DNA of 64,000 nt from Gemmatimonadota bacterium (GTDB lineage Bacteria > Gemmatimonadota > Gemmatimonadetes > JACCXV01 > JAHWKZ01), in contig DASTFF010000001.1 of assembly GCA_035708865.1 (NCBI GenBank), positions 4,333 to 68,332 on the forward strand, in the 5' to 3' direction. A program made the position numbers and the translations under genes. The notes beneath the pieces are model-generated. The model had not been told where the DNA came from. It searched no databases and saw only the letters and a list, made by a program, of their open reading frames with translations. Positions 21,313 to 29,408 of this stretch are shown here, piece after piece. How positions within the stretch are numbered: the stretch's first letter is position 1; the number at the start of each line of letters is the position of its first letter.

Positions 21313-22128
21313 GAGGAACAGATCGGGCTTGAGCGGCGTCCCCGGTCGAACCGCATACGGCTCCAGGTCCAGGACCCCGCTTTCCGAGACGACCCGATCG
21401 TCGAGCAGGAAGCGTCCGCTCACCTCCAGATCCTCCCGGGTGACGATCCAGTGCGCGGCGTCGGCCACGATCTCCGGCCGCCGGCACTCTTCCGGACGCA
21501 CCAGGCCGGCCAGCTCCCGCAGCGCCTCGGTGGCGATCGTGGTCGCCGGCCAGAGCGCGTTGACCGCGATTCCGTCCGGTCGCAGCTCTTCGGCCCACCC
21601 GATCACGCACAGGCTCATGCCGTACTTCGAGATCGTGTAGCCGAGGTGGGGGGCCAGCCAGCGCGGGTCGAGATCGATCGGCGGAGCGAGCACGAGGATG
21701 TGCGGGTTGGGCGAACGCCGCAGATGCGGCAGGCAGCGCTGCGTACAGAGAAAGGTGGCCCGGACGTTGACGGCCATCATGAGATCGAAGCGGCGGATCG
21801 GCGTGTCGGCGGTCGAAGTCAGCCGGATCGCCCCGGCGTTGTTGACCAGCACGTCGATCCCGCCGAAGCGCTCGACCGTGGCGGCCACGGCGCGCTCGAC
21901 CTGATCCTCGTCGCGGACGTCGACCTCGACCGCCAGCGGCCTGCCGCCGGCTTCCTCGACCTCGCGCGCGACCGTGTGGATGGTTCCAGGAAGCCGCGGA
22001 TGGGGTGTACCGGACTTGGCGGCGATCACGACGTTCGCCCCGTCCCGCGCCGCCCGAACCGCGATCGCCCGCCCGATCCCCCGACTCGCCCCCGTAACGA
22101 ACACGGTCCTGCCACGCAGGGAGGTCAC
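21310..22128 (-). CDS. Short-chain dehydrogenase/reductase (HSDL2-like)
   Basis: TGASRGIG, HPRLPGTI, NNAG, YTISKYGMS, NALWP. Confidence 0.92.
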   Translation of the reverse strand: MTSLRGRTVFVTGASRGIGRAIAVRAARDGANVVIAAKSGTPHPRLPGTIHTVAREVEEAGGRPLAVEVDVRDEDQVERAVAATVERFGGIDVLVNNAGAIRLTSTADTPIRRFDLMMAVNVRATFLCTQRCLPHLRRSPNPHILVLAPPIDLDPRWLAPHLGYTISKYGMSLCVIGWAEELRPDGIAVNALWPATTIATEALRELAGLVRPEECRRPEIVADAAHWIVTREDLEVSGRFLLDDRVVSESGVLDLEPYAVRPGTPLKPDLFL

Positions 22129-22151
22129 GGTAGGATCAAGCGAAGGATGTC

Positions 22152-22274
22152 CGGCCTCTCAAAACGGTCCAGATCCGAGGCGCGCGAGCGAGGACGTCCG
22201 AGGCGTACGTCTTCTGTACGCCGCAGGACGGCCGAGGGAGTGCAACGAAGGAGATGGGCCGTTTTCAGAGGCCG
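22152..22274. repeat. About 123 bp palindromic REP/MITE-like element
   Basis: Terminal IRs CGGCCTCTCAAAACGGTCCA and TGGGCCGTTTTCAGAGGCCG (18/20 match); inner GGCGTAC...GTACGCC stem. Confidence 0.75.
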
Positions 22275-23447
22275 TCAAGCGGGAACAAGAAGAGCTGTGG
22301 CGTACATCAGGATCACCCCCACGCCGGCCCCCGCCAGCACCTCCCCCCGCCACAGGCCCGACATCCCTTCCTGCCCGCGCCCCGCGACGAGCCGCCCGAC
22401 CTCGACGACCACCTGGAGGATCGCTCCCACCCCCACGGCCAGGAACACGGCCGCCCAAAGCGGATCGAAGACCAGCCCGCCGATCCAGCAGCCGAGGACG
22501 GCCGGACCACCCGCCAGCAGGGTCAGTCCGGCGAAGTCACGCAGCCGGGGCTCGCCCCGCAGCAGGGGCGCGGCGATCCCGATCCCTTCGGTGATGTTGT
22601 GGAGCGTGAAGCCGACCACCAGGAAAGTCCCCAGCCCGACCGCGCCGGTGGCCAGCGCGGCGCCGATCGCCAGGCCCTCCCCGAGATTGTGCAGCCCGAT
22701 CCCGAGCGCGATGAGGGTCGCCACAGCCAGCGGCGAGACTTCACCGCCCCGGCCACGGCGCCGGCCGGTGATCGCCAGGAGGCCGATCAGCGTCGCCAGC
22801 GCGACGATCCAGACGAGGATGTTCGCATGGAACGCGCCCGCCGCCTTTTCCGCGAGCTCGAGAGCCTCGGCGAGGGTGTCGATCGCCAGGAACACGAGCA
22901 GCCCGACCGTAAGGGCGAGCAGGAAGTCGATCCCGCGCCGGCCGAGGGCGCGCAGGAACGGGTAGGTCGCCAGGCCGAGGGCCACCGGCAGGATCCCCAC
23001 GTACACCCCCAGCAGGGCCAGCCGGCCGAACCAGCCGGGCGTCGCGCTGGGCGTTCGCGTGGCGACCTCGATGGTGGCGTCGAAGGTGACCCCGTTGCGC
23101 GACAGGAGCCGGACCTCGTGGGCCTCTCCCTCGACCCACGGATACGGGATCTCGACCGTCGCCCGGCCCAGGCGATCGATGGTCGGACCGGGGCGGATGC
23201 CGAAGGCCCACACCGCATCGTCGACCGCCACCTGATGGATGGTGACCGGATCTTGCCCCCCGTTCACGACGTGGACCACGATGCGCCCCGCCGCGGGCAT
23301 CTCGATCCGTTCGACGGTCAGCTCCTCGATCGGGGGGACCGCCCGTTCGAGGCCCACCCCACGTCCCAGCAAGAACGCCAGCAGGCCGACCAGGACCACG
23401 ATCGTCACCAGCCCGAGGATACGGCCGCCGTTACCCTTCGCGGACAT
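22275..23447 (-). CDS. ZIP family divalent metal transporter with N-terminal extracytoplasmic domain
   Basis: GIGLHNLGEGLAIG and LHNITEGIGI metal-site motifs. Confidence 0.92.
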   Translation of the reverse strand: MSAKGNGGRILGLVTIVVLVGLLAFLLGRGVGLERAVPPIEELTVERIEMPAAGRIVVHVVNGGQDPVTIHQVAVDDAVWAFGIRPGPTIDRLGRATVEIPYPWVEGEAHEVRLLSRNGVTFDATIEVATRTPSATPGWFGRLALLGVYVGILPVALGLATYPFLRALGRRGIDFLLALTVGLLVFLAIDTLAEALELAEKAAGAFHANILVWIVALATLIGLLAITGRRRGRGGEVSPLAVATLIALGIGLHNLGEGLAIGAALATGAVGLGTFLVVGFTLHNITEGIGIAAPLLRGEPRLRDFAGLTLLAGGPAVLGCWIGGLVFDPLWAAVFLAVGVGAILQVVVEVGRLVAGRGQEGMSGLWRGEVLAGAGVGVILMYATALLVPA

Positions 23448-24504
23448 CGAAGAACCCCATCCACCCGAGCTCGGCGAACTCGCTCTGGTGCGCGTGGAAC
23501 ATGAACCGCCCGGGATGCCGGAACGTCAGCTCGAGCACGTGCCGTTCGCCCTGACAGAACATGAGCGTGTCGGTGAAATCGGCCGGCTCGAGCGTCGTGC
23601 CGGTCCGGTAGACGTGGAAGAAGTTGGCGTGCAGGTGGATGGAGTTGATGAGGTCGAACTCCAGCGTGTTGACCACGTAGAGCCGTACCGGCTCCCCGAC
23701 CACGGCGGGGAGAGGATGACGCATGTAGTGGAAGGCGACCGTGTTGACGGCGTAGAACTCGTTCTCGTTGTCGAAGTTCGTGTCGAACCCGTTCATCACC
23801 ATGACGTATTCGCGGGCCGGCGGCCGCCCGCCCTGCGGATCCACCAGGAAGGCCCCGTAGAGCCCCTTGTGGATGTGCCGCCTGAGCGGCGTCGTATGGC
23901 AATGGTAGAGATGCAAGCCGTAGGGCTCGGCGTCGAACTCGTAGACGAAGCCCCGCCCCGGCTCGACGACCTCGAACACACCGTCCATGTCCGCCCGGTG
24001 GAAGCCATGGAAGTGGATCGTGTGCGCGTGGCTTCCGGCGTTGGTGAACCGGACCCTGATGCGGTCCCCCTCCGTGCAGCGGATCGTCGGTCCCGGGACG
24101 CGGCCGTTGTACGTCCAGGCCGGGAACCACACCCCGGGCGCGATCTCGATCTCCCGATCGAGAGCCACCAGTTCGTACTCGCGGCGGATCCGGCCGTCGG
24201 GCAGCCGAGTCACTATGCCGGTGTCGAAATGGGTGGCGAAGGCGCTCGGGTCGAAGCCGCCGGGGCGGATGTCGCTGACCGGACCGCTCCCCGCGGCTCC
24301 GCCATGCAGGTGCGGAACCTCGACCCGCGGCTGGAGGAGGCCCCCGCGTCGGCCGGTCTGGGAGAAGGCGGCCCCTCCCAGCGCCACCGCACCGGCCAGG
24401 GCGCCCCCCTTGAGGACGGTGCGTCGGCTGAGGCCGGACCGATCGGCCATCGGCTCGGCCCCGGGCCCGTCCTTCTCGTGGATCTCCTTATCCTCGTTCG
24501 ACAT
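23431..24504 (-). CDS. Tat-exported two-domain multicopper oxidase (start 24504 or 24450)
   Basis: SRRTVLK Tat motif; domain 1 HTIHFH and YHCH...HIHKGL; domain 2 NSIHLH and MFHAH. Confidence 0.9.
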   Translation of the reverse strand: MSNEDKEIHEKDGPGAEPMADRSGLSRRTVLKGGALAGAVALGGAAFSQTGRRGGLLQPRVEVPHLHGGAAGSGPVSDIRPGGFDPSAFATHFDTGIVTRLPDGRIRREYELVALDREIEIAPGVWFPAWTYNGRVPGPTIRCTEGDRIRVRFTNAGSHAHTIHFHGFHRADMDGVFEVVEPGRGFVYEFDAEPYGLHLYHCHTTPLRRHIHKGLYGAFLVDPQGGRPPAREYVMVMNGFDTNFDNENEFYAVNTVAFHYMRHPLPAVVGEPVRLYVVNTLEFDLINSIHLHANFFHVYRTGTTLEPADFTDTLMFCQGERHVLELTFRHPGRFMFHAHQSEFAELGWMGFFDVREG

Positions 24505-24542
24505 GCGGTGTTCCGTCCGGTTCGGCATGTTGAGGGGTCGTA

Positions 24543-24587
24543 AATTAGACGTGCCTAAATATTGCCGTCCGGACGCGACCCTGTCAA
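24543..24587 (-). promoter_or_regulatory. Promoter with adjacent DtxR/MntR/SirR-type operator
   Basis: Minus strand TTGACA-17-CAATAT immediately followed by the palindrome TTAGGCACGTCTAA (24545-24558). Confidence 0.7.
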
Positions 24588-25975
24588 CCCGACCCGGGGT
24601 CCAGCCGCGCCGCGAGACGCCGTAGCCGTTCGCGCAGCCCGTCGTCGTCCCCCACGTCCATCGCCGCCCGCAGCCGGTTGGCGACCACAGCTCCAAGAGG
24701 CGGGGGCGGGCTGGCCCGCTCGAGCGAGCCAGCCAGGCTGCCGTCCAGCGGCGTGGTGGCCGCTCGGTAGTCCTCTTCGGCGTCCCGCTCCACCACCTCG
24801 AGGGCGATCCCGGCCGCCTCCGCCGGGGTGACGCCCGTATCCCCGGCCCGGGCCAGGATCCGCTCGAGCCGCGCCTTCCTGCCGACCAGCCTGTCGGGCT
24901 GGATCTCGGCGTCGGCGAAATGCCAGCCTGCCCCCTTCAACCGCCGGACGACGGTCAACCGGTCGGCCCGCGCGAGCGCTCTCGTCGCCAGGAGCTCCCA
25001 CACTCCGGCCAGCGCCGGCCGTCCATCCGCCCCGCGGGCGAGCTCGGAGAAGATCCGGCTCGCCAGCCGCTCGCTGGCGGCCAGGGTCTCGACGACGAGC
25101 GTCGAGTCGAGTACCGGATCGACGTGGACGAAGGCCCGGTCGATCTCCGGCAGCCGCTCGACCGCATGCCGCACCCCCCCGCCCACGTCATGGGACTGGC
25201 GCGTCCGCATCTCCTCGTCCACCTCGACGTGGAGCTCGACGTGCACGTGGTGTCCCACGTAGTGACCGCGGACGTCGTGGACGCCCTGGACGCCGGCCAC
25301 TCCCAGCGCCGCCTCGCGGATCTCACCGAGCAGCTTCGGGCCGGGGCTCGCGCCCATCAGGTAGTCGATGTTGCGGCGCCCGAACCGGAAGCCCCCGACG
25401 ACGATCCAGATCCCCACCACCGCTCCCGCCACCGCGTCCAGCGCGGGGACCCCGACCACCGCCGCGCCGACGCCGGCCAGCGCCGCCAGCGAGGTCCAGA
25501 TGTCGTTCTCGGACTCGACCGCGTTGGCGAGGATCGCCGGGCTGTCGAGCGCCTCGCCGCGCCGCCGCAGGTACCGCGACAGGATCAGGTTGCCGAGCAT
25601 GGAGAGGAGAAGGGTCGCCAGCGCCCACCCGGGCGCCCGGATGGGCTCGATCCCCCCGGCCAGCCGCTCCACGGCGGCGCGGGTCACCGAGACGCCGAGG
25701 ATGGCGGTGAAGATCGCGACGCCGAGCGCCGCCAGAGGCTCGGCCCGCTGGTGGCCGAACGGGTGGCCCTGGTCGGGGGCCCGGCGCGACACCGCGACCG
25801 AGTACGCGATGCCGACCGAGGCCGCGACGTCGACCAGTGAGTTCAGGGCGTCCGATAAGAGGGCCAGCGACCCGGAGACGATCCCGACCGCGCCCTTGAC
25901 CACGAAGAGGAGGCCGTTCCCGACGATCCCGACGCGGGTCGCCCGCCTCGCTGCCCGGTCCGCCTCGGCCGTCAC
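24584..25975 (-). CDS. Cation diffusion facilitator (FieF-like) with extra C-terminal helical domain
   Basis: SLALLSDALNSLVD, HPFGHQRAE, ESENDIWTS, dimerisation domain ending FVHVDP, then about 170 aa extension. Confidence 0.88.
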   Translation of the reverse strand: MTAEADRAARRATRVGIVGNGLLFVVKGAVGIVSGSLALLSDALNSLVDVAASVGIAYSVAVSRRAPDQGHPFGHQRAEPLAALGVAIFTAILGVSVTRAAVERLAGGIEPIRAPGWALATLLLSMLGNLILSRYLRRRGEALDSPAILANAVESENDIWTSLAALAGVGAAVVGVPALDAVAGAVVGIWIVVGGFRFGRRNIDYLMGASPGPKLLGEIREAALGVAGVQGVHDVRGHYVGHHVHVELHVEVDEEMRTRQSHDVGGGVRHAVERLPEIDRAFVHVDPVLDSTLVVETLAASERLASRIFSELARGADGRPALAGVWELLATRALARADRLTVVRRLKGAGWHFADAEIQPDRLVGRKARLERILARAGDTGVTPAEAAGIALEVVERDAEEDYRAATTPLDGSLAGSLERASPPPPLGAVVANRLRAAMDVGDDDGLRERLRRLAARLDPGSG

Positions 25976-26922
25976 TCCACGGTCGGAACGGGCCGCGCCA
26001 TCGGACGGGCATGATCGGGCGGTGTTTCCGGCTCGAGCTGAATGGTCGTGTGGGTGATTCCGTAGCGCTCCCTGAGGACCCGGTTCAGTCGCGCCAGCAG
26101 CATGTCCCGCGCCTCGCCGTGGTCGCAGACGACGTGGGCCGAGAGGGCCGGATAACCGGAGGTGATCGTCCAGACGTGCAGGTCGTGGACGCCGGCCACG
26201 CCCTCGACCCGCCGCAGGGTTTCGATCAGGTCGCCCACGTCGACCCCCGCAGGCGCCCCCTCGAGCAGCACGTGGACGGCGTCCCGCACGACGCGCCACG
26301 AGGAGAGCAGGATCAGGATCGCGATGGCGAGGCTGGCCAGCGGATCGGCGCGGGTCCATCCGGTCAGCCGGATCACGATCGCGGCGGTCATCGCGCCGAC
26401 CGATCCGAGAAGGTCGCCGAGGACGTGCAGTCCGGCGCCGCGCAGGTTCAGGCTCCGCTCGGCCGCCCCCCCGGCGTGGTGGAGAATCGCGTACGCGATG
26501 AGGTTCACGACCAGACCCCCGGACGCCACCACGAGCATGGGGACGGCGTCGACCGGGGCCTCTTCCGCCAGCCGCCGGACGGCTTCGAGCGCGATCCACA
26601 CCACCACCCCCCACATGAACAGGCCGTTGACGAGGGCGACCAGGATCTCGACCCGGCCATAGGCGTAGGTGTGGCGGATCGTGGCCGGGCGGCCGGACAT
26701 CCACAGGGCCCCCAGCGCCAGCCCCAGCGACGCGACGTCGGTGAGCATGTGGCCGGCGTCCGCCAGCAGGGCCAGGCTTCCGGTCGCCAGGCCGCCGACG
26801 ATCTCGGCGACCGCATACCCCAGCGTGAGGACGAGGACGATCCGCAGGCGTCGCCGCTCGCCGCGGCGGTCCGGCCCCCCGCTCGGGGCACGACCGGAAG
26901 GGTGGGGGTGGGGCTTGTGCAA
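25972..26922 (-). CDS. Cation diffusion facilitator, CzcD/ZitB-like Zn/Co/Cd exporter
   Basis: SLALLADAGHMLTD, TYAYGRVE, NLRGAGLHVLGD, VHDLHVW, HTTIQLE. Confidence 0.93.
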   Translation of the reverse strand: MHKPHPHPSGRAPSGGPDRRGERRRLRIVLVLTLGYAVAEIVGGLATGSLALLADAGHMLTDVASLGLALGALWMSGRPATIRHTYAYGRVEILVALVNGLFMWGVVVWIALEAVRRLAEEAPVDAVPMLVVASGGLVVNLIAYAILHHAGGAAERSLNLRGAGLHVLGDLLGSVGAMTAAIVIRLTGWTRADPLASLAIAILILLSSWRVVRDAVHVLLEGAPAGVDVGDLIETLRRVEGVAGVHDLHVWTITSGYPALSAHVVCDHGEARDMLLARLNRVLRERYGITHTTIQLEPETPPDHARPMARPVPTVE

Positions 26923-27002
26923 GGAAGGAAAGCTAGCCCGATCCGCGCCGTGGGCGCGAGCGGTGGGCCGGACGTGCGGTCAGGTACGGAAGGCGGCCGG
27001 GC

Positions 27003-29012
27003 TCAGGTCGCGCCCGCGCCGGCGGTTCCGGTCGCGGCCGGCTCGATCGTGAGCCGCTCGGCGAGGTCGGCGACGATCGCGTCCCGCGTTCCCGAGCGCC
27101 CCGACCAGCGCAGCTCGGCGCCGTCCACCTGCACGAGCTCGACGTTCCGCTCCAGCGCCCACCGCTTCACGTGCTCCAGGTCCGTCACCACCATCCGAGC
27201 GCCGATCGTGAGGGCCCGGAGCTCCGAGCGGCCGGTGTAAGGGACGTACTCGGCGGCCACGCCGCCGCCGTTCGATTCACCGCTCAGCGGGCGCGTCAGC
27301 AGGGAGTCGAAGGCCGCCACGTTGTCCGGGGCGACGAGGAACTTCACCTGTCCGTGGCCGACCAGCGTCTCGACCAGCGTCGCGCACGTCACCCAGCTCT
27401 CGGGCGGAAGCCCGGTCCAGCGCTGGTCGAGCGCGACCAGTACGTACCCATCGCGGCGCGGGCGCGCGTCGGTCGGACGCCACGGCCGGATGACGACGCC
27501 GGAGTCGGTGACGTGCCCGTCCGAGTCGCGGTGGCCGAACTTCGAGGCGAGTCCGATCGTGAAGAACACCGTCTCCAGCATGATCAGGAGATCCAGCAGC
27601 AGCGACCGGTGGTGGATGTAGTAGAGATCGTACTCGAGGTTCTCGTGAATTTCCGCGTGGCGGTCGGAGCTTAGCTGCCAGATCCCGGTGATCCCCGGCT
27701 TGGCCTCCAGCCGCTGACGCTCGAGCGCGGTGTACTTCTCGACGATGAAGGGCATCTCGGGACGCGGCCCGACGATGCTCATCTCCCCCTTGAGAACGTT
27801 GACGAGCTGCGGGAGCTCGTCCATCCCGACCATCCGGAGGAGGCGTCCCACGCGCGTGATCCGCGGGTCGGAGTTGTCCCCGATGGGCGAGGTCTCGTAC
27901 GGGTTCGTGTCCTTCCTCATAGTCCGGAACTTGAACATCTGGAAGGGCCGTCCGCCCTCGCCGATCCGCATCTGGCGGAACAGGACGGGCGACCCGGACT
28001 CGAGCCGGATCCCGATCGCGGCGAGCGCCCACGCGGGGAGGAAGACCAGCATGAGGGCGCTGGCGACGAGCAGATCGACGCCCCGCTTAGCCGCCGGATA
28101 GAGCCGTCCGGAACGCGTCGAGCGCGGCCTCAGGAGCGTGATCGCGCTCAGGTCCTCGACCTCGAGCTGATCGGCGCGCACCTCTCCGAAACGGGGGACC
28201 ACGCCGACGTTGACGCCCGCCTCGCGGGCCAGCTTGAGGAGCTCGTGATGCCGCTCGGCATTGGTGAGCGATACGGTGACCAGCAGCTCGTTCACGCCCT
28301 TCTCGCGGGCGATCTCCCTGAGGTCCTGGAGGCGGCCCAGAACACGGGCCTCGTACACCTCCATGGTGGTCTGGTCGATCCGGCAGTAGACGGGCGTTCC
28401 GCGGGGAGCGAAGTCATCCAGGAACCCGATCACCGAGCACGCTTTGTGGGGTGCCTGGACGAGCTTCTTCATGAGCAGCCGGCCGGTCTCTCCGCTGCCG
28501 TAGATCAGGACGGTGCGCCGGCCGACCCGCCCGCTGAGCCCCAGCCCGCGCGCGAAGGCGGAGAAGAGCCTGCGTTGGAGGACGATGAACAGCATCGAGA
28601 AGCCGAACCCGGCGAACGCCACAAACCGCGAGAAGGGGGTGATCTGGCCCAGGAACATCACGACCAGGAACAGGGCCGAGGCCAGCGTGATTCCCTTCAG
28701 GGCATCCGCCATCTCCTGCAGGTTCAGGATGCTCGCGCGCTCCTTGTAAAGGCCGAGACGCCAGAACACGAGCACGACCAGCACCCCGTAGAGGATCCCC
28801 ATGTTGATGTAGGGAGCCGGCTCGATGTTGATAGGCGCGAGCCAGTCGAGGGTCGACACCCAGGCGCGGACCAGAATGCTGGTCCAGAACGCGAGCAGCA
28901 CCGCGAAGAAGTCGAGAAGTGCGCGGAGAATGGGGATGAGCCGCTGGTCGGCTCGCCGGGACGAAGGGGCGGGCGAGCGTTGCTCGTGGGGGATGGAGGG
29001 TCTCGTGATCAT
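27003..29012 (-). CDS. Polyprenyl-phosphate glycosylphosphotransferase (WcaJ/WbaP-type sugar transferase) with C-terminal extension
   Basis: Four TM helices, Rossmann-like VLIYGSGETG, FKFRTM, DPRITRVG, DELPQL, GEMSIVGPRP, KPGITGIWQ, YDLYYI. Confidence 0.92.
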   Translation of the reverse strand: MITRPSIPHEQRSPAPSSRRADQRLIPILRALLDFFAVLLAFWTSILVRAWVSTLDWLAPINIEPAPYINMGILYGVLVVLVFWRLGLYKERASILNLQEMADALKGITLASALFLVVMFLGQITPFSRFVAFAGFGFSMLFIVLQRRLFSAFARGLGLSGRVGRRTVLIYGSGETGRLLMKKLVQAPHKACSVIGFLDDFAPRGTPVYCRIDQTTMEVYEARVLGRLQDLREIAREKGVNELLVTVSLTNAERHHELLKLAREAGVNVGVVPRFGEVRADQLEVEDLSAITLLRPRSTRSGRLYPAAKRGVDLLVASALMLVFLPAWALAAIGIRLESGSPVLFRQMRIGEGGRPFQMFKFRTMRKDTNPYETSPIGDNSDPRITRVGRLLRMVGMDELPQLVNVLKGEMSIVGPRPEMPFIVEKYTALERQRLEAKPGITGIWQLSSDRHAEIHENLEYDLYYIHHRSLLLDLLIMLETVFFTIGLASKFGHRDSDGHVTDSGVVIRPWRPTDARPRRDGYVLVALDQRWTGLPPESWVTCATLVETLVGHGQVKFLVAPDNVAAFDSLLTRPLSGESNGGGVAAEYVPYTGRSELRALTIGARMVVTDLEHVKRWALERNVELVQVDGAELRWSGRSGTRDAIVADLAERLTIEPAATGTAGAGAT

Positions 29013-29181
29013 GCACGCCCTGACTCGAGCCGCTTCGGCCGTAGGTGTCCAGCGTCGAGGCGGTGCGCGGCCTGGGCACCTCCACCCGCCTCGCGGCGGT
29101 CGAGACGTGCACGCACCCGATCGGTCCACGTCAGATCGAGATTCGTACGTCCTCAATCATACGCTGGTGGACTCCGTTTAC

Positions 29182-29196
29182 GCAAGAGCCAAGCCA
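29182..29196 (-). promoter_or_regulatory. Candidate sigma54 -24/-12 promoter for the sugar transferase
   Basis: TGGCTTGGCTCTTGC (GG-N10-GC spacing) about 170 nt upstream of the inferred start. Confidence 0.45.
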
Positions 29197-29316
29197 GCCA
29201 CGCGGGACCCGACCGGCCACGCTCTCGGCCCCTTCCTACCGGCAACGGAGCGCAAGGTTCCGGAGCCGATCCCTCCGGCACGGCCGCTGCGCGGGATGCT
29301 ATCTTGGGGGACCATC

Positions 29317-29403
29317 GCCGGGGTGGCGGAACTGGTAGACGCGCGGGACTTAAAATCCTGTGGGCGAGAGCCCGTGCGGGTTCGACCCCCGCCCCCGGCA
29401 CCA
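29317..29403 (+). tRNA. tRNA-Leu(TAA)
   Basis: GCCGGGGTGGCGGAACTGGTAGACGCGCGGGACTTAAAATCC..., long variable arm, GGTTCGACCCCCGCCCCCGGCACCA. Confidence 0.96.
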
Positions 29404-29408
29404 CCCGC

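Noticed and set aside
21245-29316. Active integrative element or prophage at tRNA-Cys
   Set aside because: No integrase, phage or conjugation genes, and no duplicated tRNA 3' end was seen.
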